A DNA stretch of 64,000 nt from a virus: the IMG/VR virus record IMGVR_UViG_3300021091_000012; one strand, given 5' to 3'. Each line of letters opens with the position of its first letter. The stretch's first letter is position 1. Made by a program: the position numbers and the translations under genes. The notes below the pieces were generated by a model. That model was given only the letters and a program-made list of their open reading frames with translations, searched no databases and was not told where the DNA came from. This document shows, one piece after another, positions 47,381-54,596 of the stretch.

Positions 47381-47835
47381 AGCTGTATTACAAACTCTCC
47401 CTGCTCTCCGGGATATATTTTACTAGTCGGCATTTGTTTTTTAAAGTACGCCATGTATAATTTTGTCCTTTTATCTTTCGTTGTAGAGTCGTCTCTTGTT
47501 TGCGCTGAATCAAATTTAAGTTGATATACCTCCTCATGATCGTTGGTGAAATCTTTAATAATATCAAACACCGTACTCATTACTTTGTACATATCTCCTT
47601 TATTTGTAATCACATCTGTGCTAAATCCACCACTGCTTGCTCCAATCTCTCTTGCTGCAAATGATACGTCCCACGTTTCGCCTTCACCAAAAGATTCAAA
47701 AGATACTTGATATTCTGAATTAGTATCTGTTTCAAATCCATACTGCACCTCATCATCGGATTCGTAATCTATACCCCACCTATATGGCCTAACACCTTCT
47801 CCAATCTCCACTAGTATATTTTTGAGTTTAATCAT
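47377..47835 (-). CDS. Hypothetical protein, MIKLK..EIGEG family
   Basis: Paralog of 46880-47380. Confidence 0.75.
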   Translation of the reverse strand: MIKLKNILVEIGEGVRPYRWGIDYESDDEVQYGFETDTNSEYQVSFESFGEGETWDVSFAAREIGASSGGFSTDVITNKGDMYKVMSTVFDIIKDFTNDHEEVYQLKFDSAQTRDDSTTKDKRTKLYMAYFKKQMPTSKIYPGEQGEFVIQL

Positions 47836-47838
47836 ACG

Positions 47839-48504
47839 TTATCCTTGTTTCCTCCAGCCACCACCTGCAGCTTTGTACTTCTTTGCTGCCCATGCGTTAG
47901 CATATGCAGATGGGTAAACATCAAACTTTTTCTTAGCTTGACCTTTATAGTAAGACCACTTTGCCGGATCTGTTGGCACGTTCTTTTCTAACAATAGATT
48001 AATATGCTCTATTATCTCATTTTTAGCTCTACCTCGCTTCATATTTAAGTTCCATTGTGCCATTCTACGTCTTTCACCAGTAGCTGATTTTGCAATCTTT
48101 GCTAACTGCGAAATGGACATTTTTTGACTAACTCCAACGCGTTTTGATAAACCCTTACGTCCAGGATTCTCACCGTCTTTGAAGTTTTCATTTACACCAG
48201 TTTTTACCTTAATGGGTTTTTGACCTTTTGATCTTTCACCACCTTTCTTACTATCACCAGCCTTGCCCTGAGCAGCACGTTTCCGCTTTACAAAAGCAGC
48301 TCTACCATCCTTACCCAACTTACGAGCCTTCTCCTTAGAAAGACACGCTGAGTACGGATCACCTTCTTTAGCATCACCACACTTACCAACACGATCACCA
48401 CTACTATTATAGCGATCCCATCCTCCTCCTCCAACACCACCTTTGCCACCCGATCCAAACCAGGCACGTAAGTCTTCATTAAGAATATTGAGAAGGCTGA
48501 TCAC
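47839..48504 (-). CDS. Basic Gly/Lys-rich multi-module protein with MISLLNILNE leader
   Basis: GTG start; modules separated by VNE/LLE; C-terminal KKFDVYPSAYANAWAAKKYKAAGGGW. Confidence 0.7.
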   Translation of the reverse strand: MISLLNILNEDLRAWFGSGGKGGVGGGGWDRYNSSGDRVGKCGDAKEGDPYSACLSKEKARKLGKDGRAAFVKRKRAAQGKAGDSKKGGERSKGQKPIKVKTGVNENFKDGENPGRKGLSKRVGVSQKMSISQLAKIAKSATGERRRMAQWNLNMKRGRAKNEIIEHINLLLEKNVPTDPAKWSYYKGQAKKKFDVYPSAYANAWAAKKYKAAGGGWRKQG

Positions 48505-48544
48505 TTTTAATAATTTGACGTAATTGTGACTTTTTCATTGTATG

Positions 48545-49420
48545 TTATTTCATTTTTTGTATTACATACTGCTTCGACCTTGGACTCTCTCCAGGAGAGT
48601 AAATTCGATAAGTTTTACCGTCAGAACCCTGGAATTTAAAGTCCATTCCTTGCTGCGAAGGAAAGAAGCTATCAACCTGATCTAGCTTAGGTTCAACACC
48701 AATCCACGCCTGGATCCTCGGTGCCCATTTTTTGATAAACTCAGGCTTTTGAAGCAGCGCATCACCCTTTCCTCCTAAAGGAAAAGACTTACTAGCAAAA
48801 CCTTCCACATTCGCATTTGAAGACGGTTTCCATGAAACTCCCTCTCTCATTGGAGCGTTGATTTGAAACTGCTTAATAAACCGATCTCTCAGGTTTTTCT
48901 CACCACCTACACTCCCTTTAGCACCGCTGATATAATCACGTACATCGTATACTAAAGTTGGGTTAGTTTGCTTGTTTTGTTGCACATAAGTAACAAGCTT
49001 CTTAGCGTCAATATTGTGCTCATCAAAGAAGTTTTGAGCGGCATCTTGACCACAATTTACCATAGTATGCAATTGTGTAGCTTCTGGAGTAACACCTTCA
49101 AAAAGGGCCTTTTTTGCTTTTAGGATTTTCAGCTCCTCTCTTACTAGGCGTTTTATTAGCCCTTCCGCTGCCAATCTCGGTCCTCCCAACGCACTACCCT
49201 TATCCATTACATCATCCCACATAGTCCGTAAAAAATCCTCTACTTCCGGAGAGTTCACATCGACACTTTTAAATTTAGGATCGGATTTGATCTTATTCAA
49301 AAAGTCTGCAAAATTGCGTGATTCATCCATGAGAATGTCGAGCTCAGACATAGCACCTTCCTTTCTTAACTTGACGTTAACAGCCTCTCTAATTAACCCT
49401 TTAAGTTGTGATTTTTTCAT
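48545..49420 (-). CDS. Multi-module protein with MKKSQL..IRE leader
   Basis: Leader repeated internally (LIKRLVREEL...LFE). Confidence 0.7.
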   Translation of the reverse strand: MKKSQLKGLIREAVNVKLRKEGAMSELDILMDESRNFADFLNKIKSDPKFKSVDVNSPEVEDFLRTMWDDVMDKGSALGGPRLAAEGLIKRLVREELKILKAKKALFEGVTPEATQLHTMVNCGQDAAQNFFDEHNIDAKKLVTYVQQNKQTNPTLVYDVRDYISGAKGSVGGEKNLRDRFIKQFQINAPMREGVSWKPSSNANVEGFASKSFPLGGKGDALLQKPEFIKKWAPRIQAWIGVEPKLDQVDSFFPSQQGMDFKFQGSDGKTYRIYSPGESPRSKQYVIQKMK

Positions 49421-49462
49421 TATATGCTTTTCATTTTTTGGCTCTCATCTGATCACTGTTAT

Positions 49463-49765
49463 TCATATTTCTTTACCATACTTATATCCTATCAACATGT
49501 TTGCAGCTTGTGTAGCCTTGTTTTTATTCTTATAAAGCCCATACACATCTTCCATTGCAAGTCCGCCTCTCACCTGATTTGCAAACCCGAACACGTCCGT
49601 TTCAAACATGATATCTGCTAATGTATCTTCGTCACTTAGCCTGTTAGTTACGATGTAGAATGTCCCGATTTCATCCGCTTTTATATTAGCGAATCTTTTG
49701 GTACGAAAGTCTACTTCTATAAGTGCTTTGCGTACTTTTTTTCGAATAAGTGCTTTAAGTTTCAT
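49463..49765 (-). CDS. Hypothetical protein with leader MKLKALIR..LIE
   Basis: Array member. Confidence 0.65.
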   Translation of the reverse strand: MKLKALIRKKVRKALIEVDFRTKRFANIKADEIGTFYIVTNRLSDEDTLADIMFETDVFGFANQVRGGLAMEDVYGLYKNKNKATQAANMLIGYKYGKEI

Positions 49766-49827
49766 TACGTTGGGTGTTTAGTGTGATTTTTTCATATTAA
49801 ATTGGTAATCTAGAAGTCGATAGAGCT

Positions 49828-50043
49828 TTAGTATGGTCTATAGTTTACGTCTTTTCCAAGCATTTGCTGACGCTTTAGTGATTCAAAAATAGCATAAAGA
49901 GCATCCTGTTCTCCATACTGATATTTGGTTGCTAGACCTTTAACAAAATTCTTAACTGTTCTATCCAACTCGGGATTTGCTGCCTCACTCAAAACTACTT
50001 TTACCTCTTCTCGAATGATTGATTGTAGTTGTGATTTTTTCAT
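49828..50043 (-). CDS. Hypothetical protein with leader MKKSQLQSIIREEV..LSE
   Basis: Array member. Confidence 0.65.
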   Translation of the reverse strand: MKKSQLQSIIREEVKVVLSEAANPELDRTVKNFVKGLATKYQYGEQDALYAIFESLKRQQMLGKDVNYRPY

Positions 50044-50279
50044 TATTCGTATTTTTTTACTTCGTTATACAGACTATCATACAACTTCTTAATCGCCATA
50101 TACTCAGCGTCATCGAGCATGTCAGCAAGCATCTCCATACCCTTCTTCAAGTCCGGATGAGCAAGCATACTTAACACCTCTGAGGCAGCGGCTGGAGCTC
50201 CCATCATTGCCTCGTTCTTGAATGGGTTATTGATAGCAGCCAACTCCATTAACCTCTGTTTTGTTACGTTATTTTTCAT
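50043..50279 (-). CDS. Hypothetical protein with TKQRLMELA leader
   Basis: Array member; start probably the second ATG (50279). Confidence 0.6.
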   Translation of the reverse strand: MKNNVTKQRLMELAAINNPFKNEAMMGAPAAASEVLSMLAHPDLKKGMEMLADMLDDAEYMAIKKLYDSLYNEVKKYE

Positions 50280-50385
50280 CTTCATATTGCTTTAAAAACA
50301 CTTCATTTCGCGCGAGAATTTTGGCCCTCTTAGCCAAGTTTCCTCTATTCCTTTTAGGCTTTCCTTCCTTTCTAGCTTTGGCCAT
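50269..50385 (-). CDS. Small basic protein (38 aa)
   Basis: MAKARKEGKPKRNRGNLAKRAKILARNEVFLKQYEDEK; fills the gap, with the same ACACAATG start context as neighbours. Confidence 0.5.
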   Translation of the reverse strand: MAKARKEGKPKRNRGNLAKRAKILARNEVFLKQYEDEK

Positions 50386-50389
50386 TGTG

Positions 50390-50662
50390 TTAAACTTTAC
50401 CTTGAATTACAAAATTATCAGCATCCACGATATACGCATGTAAAGCATCGACCGCTTGTTTAATATATTCAATATCTCCTTCAAATCGTCGATCCTCTTT
50501 TGCCATTTTTTGCAAATCTTTAAGCACTAATTCCATGTCACTTTTTGCCTTTTGAGTCTTGGTAATCATGGCTTTTGTAGCCGCTATTTGTTGTGGACTA
50601 TACGCGCCTTCATTAAGCCTAAGGCCCGCTAATTCTTGTAGTCTTTGTTTGTTTGTATTCAC
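50390..50662 (-). CDS. Hypothetical protein with KQRLQELAG..NE leader
   Basis: Array member, GTG start. Confidence 0.65.
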   Translation of the reverse strand: MNTNKQRLQELAGLRLNEGAYSPQQIAATKAMITKTQKAKSDMELVLKDLQKMAKEDRRFEGDIEYIKQAVDALHAYIVDADNFVIQGKV

Positions 50663-50673
50663 TGTGTTGGGTG

Positions 50674-51462
50674 TTAGATTAACGTGATTTTTACTTGTGT
50701 ATTTGGTGATAAACCACCAAGCATTTTAATGGCTTCACGTGCACTAAGGACGGTTTCTTTGGTCATGGATTTTGCTTTGGATCTAATAACAAACGGATCC
50801 GCTGCTCCTTTAGACATGGCTTTGGTGTTTTGAGTGAACTTTTGCACCCAACCACTTGAGCCGGCAAACTTGTCAATTGGGAACACATCCATGCCACTAA
50901 TAGGCGGACGTTTAGCTACCCAATCGTTCTTTAGAGCATCCCACTTTTCAATCTTTTGAATGCCGGGATATCCGTCTTTTGTTGCGTCTTCAACTCGTAA
51001 GATATCGCCTTTAGCAAACGTTACAGTCCACCCTCCGCCGGGCGTAATTTCAAATGCATTTATCACTTCAAAATAACCTATTGGCCATTGTGATTGTTCG
51101 TTAAGAGTTGGCTTTGCTGTTTCTTTCAACACACGTCCAACTGACTCAACATCTTCACTATTAAACGCGTTTAGTATGAATTGCATTTGTTGGTTGCTAG
51201 GCTTGCGAAACACGATGCCTACGTTGTCATAGTCGATTGGTTTTAGCCCTCTTGACTCAAGATCTTTATTGACTTGCATGATTTTCATTATCGCTTTTCT
51301 TGGTTCTTTGAAAGCAATCTTGAAATCATCTTTCATAGGCTTATTAGGATCCCCGTGGATGGTTGGTCCTAGTACAAAATTAATCTTTTCGTTCACCGAT
51401 TTCTGCTTAACAACAGCCGCCGTTTCCTCCTTGATAATTTGTTTAAGTTTACTCAGTTTCAT
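50674..51462 (-). CDS. Two-module protein with MKLSKLKQIIKEE leader
   Basis: Internal VLKE..TLNE junction. Confidence 0.7.
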   Translation of the reverse strand: MKLSKLKQIIKEETAAVVKQKSVNEKINFVLGPTIHGDPNKPMKDDFKIAFKEPRKAIMKIMQVNKDLESRGLKPIDYDNVGIVFRKPSNQQMQFILNAFNSEDVESVGRVLKETAKPTLNEQSQWPIGYFEVINAFEITPGGGWTVTFAKGDILRVEDATKDGYPGIQKIEKWDALKNDWVAKRPPISGMDVFPIDKFAGSSGWVQKFTQNTKAMSKGAADPFVIRSKAKSMTKETVLSAREAIKMLGGLSPNTQVKITLI

Positions 51463-51476
51463 CGTGTATTTTATGT

Positions 51477-51908
51477 TTAAAAGTCGTCATCCATATCCAT
51501 TCCGCCTTCGTAATTATCGACGAAATTTTGTAGTGTATCAAGCACATCTTGCACTTGTTGAGCGTCTAATGTAGTCATCCAATCTTGCATGTCTGCTTCG
51601 AGGTCTTGCACGTTTCTCCACGTGGTTTTTATGTTGGATTTTGCCTCTTTAAGTTTACCTTCTTTCAAGTAATCTCTATAAGCTCCATAAGCCTCAAGAT
51701 CCTCGAGATACTCATCTACACTTGGGTAGTTACTCTTAGACCCCATCCACTCTTTTTCAAGGGCATCAATAAGATTAGTAATCTTATCCTCAGGCTCATC
51801 CATTAAGTCATCTAGACCCCATACAAAGTGAGCAATCGCATCGCGATCCGCGGAGTTTTCTTTAACCACTCCCGCTAGTTCCATTAAACGTTTTTTTGTT
51901 GTTTTCAT
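51477..51908 (-). CDS. Acidic protein with MKTTKKRLMELAG leader
   Basis: First module paralogous to 53538-53816 (DR-AIA-F-WG-D ... YL--LE--G). Confidence 0.7.
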   Translation of the reverse strand: MKTTKKRLMELAGVVKENSADRDAIAHFVWGLDDLMDEPEDKITNLIDALEKEWMGSKSNYPSVDEYLEDLEAYGAYRDYLKEGKLKEAKSNIKTTWRNVQDLEADMQDWMTTLDAQQVQDVLDTLQNFVDNYEGGMDMDDDF

Positions 51909-51922
51909 CGTGTATATATTTG

Positions 51923-52189
51923 TTATATAGCATTCATATGTTTATCAGATACCAAGTAATACGTACCACCACCTGGAGTACCTATTTGCATTTTATTACT
52001 AAACTCTACATATTGTTTAGCATCCTCATAGCTCGCAAACACGCGTGGTTGGGTGTAATTAGATTCTTCACTTTTAACAAGACCTTTCCCTTGTCCACGA
52101 CCTTTATTGTATGTTACATAGTATGTGCCTTCGCGAAGCATATTGCGAACTTCCTCTCTAATGATACGCCTTAGTTCACTTGTTTTCAT
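51923..52189 (-). CDS. Hypothetical protein with MKTSELRRIIREEV leader
   Basis: Array member. Confidence 0.65.
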   Translation of the reverse strand: MKTSELRRIIREEVRNMLREGTYYVTYNKGRGQGKGLVKSEESNYTQPRVFASYEDAKQYVEFSNKMQIGTPGGGTYYLVSDKHMNAI

Positions 52190-52191
52190 TG

Positions 52192-52812
52192 TTAAAATCT
52201 TGGGTTGTAATATACAATAGTCTCAGGTCCAAACGCCTCTTCCGTACTCACAAAAAGCTTGTATTTCGACCCGAATTTTTCAGTCGCAATACGCTCAACT
52301 TCCCTCTTTGTAGTCTCGGGATCTTTGCTAGCTTCACGAAACAAATCCATGATGTCTGACGACGATCCTACTGGCTGTTTAAACTTTTTTACTAGGTCTC
52401 CTCTGTCGTATGTTACTCCACCACCTATATTGCCAAATTTTATTCCGTTGTGGTATGAGTCGTATGAAATTTTAAGGTTTCTATCGTTGTCAGCGCCGGC
52501 AATAAGGTCCACTAGTTTTTCGTAGTCTACGTCGTTTGGCCCTTCATTTAGTTTAGGCATATCGGTTAAAAATGCTTTGCCATTGCGTAGTTCAAAGTCA
52601 ACATCCATTCCACGATTTGCCATGATTGATGCCTTCATTTTATTAGCGTATGCTACTTGAGACGGATCTAAGTCAGGCGCTTGATCACCTCTAACATCCC
52701 CACTATCTGTCGTGTAGCTCACTTTCCACTTACCGTTCCAATAAGACAATGTACCCTCTAAACCTTCGTTTAAACCGGCACGTTGCATTAATGTTTTTCT
52801 TGTTAGATTCAT
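52192..52812 (-). CDS. Two-module protein with MNLTRKTLMQRAGLNE leader
   Basis: Internal KLNE junction. Confidence 0.7.
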   Translation of the reverse strand: MNLTRKTLMQRAGLNEGLEGTLSYWNGKWKVSYTTDSGDVRGDQAPDLDPSQVAYANKMKASIMANRGMDVDFELRNGKAFLTDMPKLNEGPNDVDYEKLVDLIAGADNDRNLKISYDSYHNGIKFGNIGGGVTYDRGDLVKKFKQPVGSSSDIMDLFREASKDPETTKREVERIATEKFGSKYKLFVSTEEAFGPETIVYYNPRF

Positions 52813-52828
52813 TGTGTTTTTATATGTT

Positions 52829-53188
52829 TTAGAATGCGGATTGTATCTTATCGTATTGATCGGTATTTTGGAATTTAGATGGTATGTAGAAGTTTCGAGT
52901 TTTTTGAAGATCCCTTCTAACTATTTTAAAGATTAGACCATTGTCACTACTATTGACTTGCAAATACTCGATAACGCTATCCCCACTAAGTATTGATATA
53001 TTATCACCAAATACATCTATAAGACCACTTACCATTCTACTAGCTCGATCACCTCCACGCGACCTGCCAGATATCATTCTTTCAACTTCACTTTCGCTCG
53101 ATAAAGGATAAGACATAGCACTGTTTTCCTCATGCAAGACCTTACGCACTTCCTCCTTTATAATAGCTCTTAATTCTTTTAGTCTCAT
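52829..53188 (-). CDS. Hypothetical protein with MRLKELRAIIKEEV leader
   Basis: Array member. Confidence 0.65.
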   Translation of the reverse strand: MRLKELRAIIKEEVRKVLHEENSAMSYPLSSESEVERMISGRSRGGDRASRMVSGLIDVFGDNISILSGDSVIEYLQVNSSDNGLIFKIVRRDLQKTRNFYIPSKFQNTDQYDKIQSAF

Positions 53189-53532
53189 TTGTCTTTTATC
53201 TTAATAGTATCACCTTCCATCTTAGGATGATATATCACTCCTTGTGCTTTTCCAGTACCACCGGTCCATGATTGTTGTACAAATAGTATCATGTTTTGCG
53301 GACGAGTGTCGTGGTTGAATTCACCACTAGCATTCTGAATTATACTGCCGTATCCAACCACTAGAAAATCACCACTAATACTACGGCCGTCCATTGTTTG
53401 ACCGCTGGTTATAGTCACCTCAAAACCCATCAATCTAGCAGCGTGAGATCCAACCATGATAGCGTATTGACCTGGTGCTTTTTCTTGCACTAGTCCCGCG
53501 TTTTCCATTAGACGTTTCTTGGTTAGTTTCAT
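53185..53532 (-). CDS. Hypothetical protein with MKLTKKRLMENAG leader
   Basis: Array member. Confidence 0.65.
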   Translation of the reverse strand: MKLTKKRLMENAGLVQEKAPGQYAIMVGSHAARLMGFEVTITSGQTMDGRSISGDFLVVGYGSIIQNASGEFNHDTRPQNMILFVQQSWTGGTGKAQGVIYHPKMEGDTIKIKDK

Positions 53533-53537
53533 TTGTG

Positions 53538-53816
53538 TTATTGGCCTTTATACTTATAACGCTTACCTTCGTTCATATAACCCTCTAAACCACCAGTATC
53601 CTCAAGCTCGTCTAGATAGTCCATTACATCTGAGTAGTTGCCTTTAACAGCCGTCCACTCCTCTTCAACATCATCAATAATCCTTTCAATCTCTTGTTCA
53701 GAATTATTCATAAACTGATCTCTACCCCATATAAAGCGTGCAATTGTTTCACGGTCCGTAGCGACTTCTTTAATCACTCCTGCCAGCTCCATTAAGCGTT
53801 TCTTGGTTAGTTTCAT
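53538..53816 (-). CDS. Acidic protein with MKLTKKRLMELAG leader
   Basis: Paralog of the N-terminal module of 51477-51908. Confidence 0.7.
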   Translation of the reverse strand: MKLTKKRLMELAGVIKEVATDRETIARFIWGRDQFMNNSEQEIERIIDDVEEEWTAVKGNYSDVMDYLDELEDTGGLEGYMNEGKRYKYKGQ

Positions 53817-53817
53817 G

Positions 53818-54165
53818 TTAATAGCCTTTTTGTTTTACGTGTGCAATTGCATCCTGAGTTATGATTTTCCACCCGTTTAACTTGCCGTTATACGATCCAA
53901 CTGTAAGGCGGATTTTACCACTTCCCATGCGCTTTCCTTTAGATTGCAAACCACCGATTTTAAACCCTTTTGTGTTGTCTAACATGATGTATTTAGGTGT
54001 CACTTCAATCACTTGACCACCACCTCTTGCACGGTTTTTATCGGTGTTGTAATACCCAACCCAATCGCCTACTTTTACGTCGATAGGTGACAGCTGAAAC
54101 TCTGGCTTACTACCTAGTAAATGTCTCTTTTTTGGTCCGCTTATAAGCGGTAAATACTGCATCAT
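53818..54165 (-). CDS. Hypothetical protein, first gene of the leader array
   Basis: 115-aa ORF downstream of the late motif at 54228-54235. Confidence 0.6.
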   Translation of the reverse strand: MMQYLPLISGPKKRHLLGSKPEFQLSPIDVKVGDWVGYYNTDKNRARGGGQVIEVTPKYIMLDNTKGFKIGGLQSKGKRMGSGKIRLTVGSYNGKLNGWKIITQDAIAHVKQKGY

Positions 54166-54227
54166 AGCAGGTGTGTTTTATGGGGTAAATTTACTAATTT
54201 TTTTATTTTTAACCACCGGTTATTTCA

Positions 54228-54235
54228 TATAAATA
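54228..54235 (-). promoter_or_regulatory. Late promoter motif TATTTATA heading the leader-protein array
   Basis: Same octamer at 6933, 8863, 13591, 23503, 40063, 41514 and 46870; TACTTATA variants at 35577, 39250 and 46527; each intergenic and upstream of a start. Confidence 0.7.
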
Positions 54236-54596
54236 TGCTCGGTTTTGGATTACCTTTTGTATAAGGGGTGCCACTTTATACTTTATGGCTCCCATCGGGG
54301 GAGGGGAGGTTAAATATAGACACTACACGCAGTGTAACTCGAGTGTCAAAGTCCTATAGGAAAAAAAATTATCATCGCAATGTGTACGCGTATAGTTTAC
54401 AAAAAATAGGGCGATGCCCACCCGGTTTTCACGTAATTATAGGGGGTGTTTTGCCCCGTTTTTGCACCGATTTTCGGGGGGATATCCCCTCGTTATGCAC
54501 CGGTTTTGCACAGGGGGCCCCCCTCAATATACACGGGCTTTACATAGGGGGATACCCCTCTAGTACTCAGTGTGCTATGATGGTACCCCCTACTCA

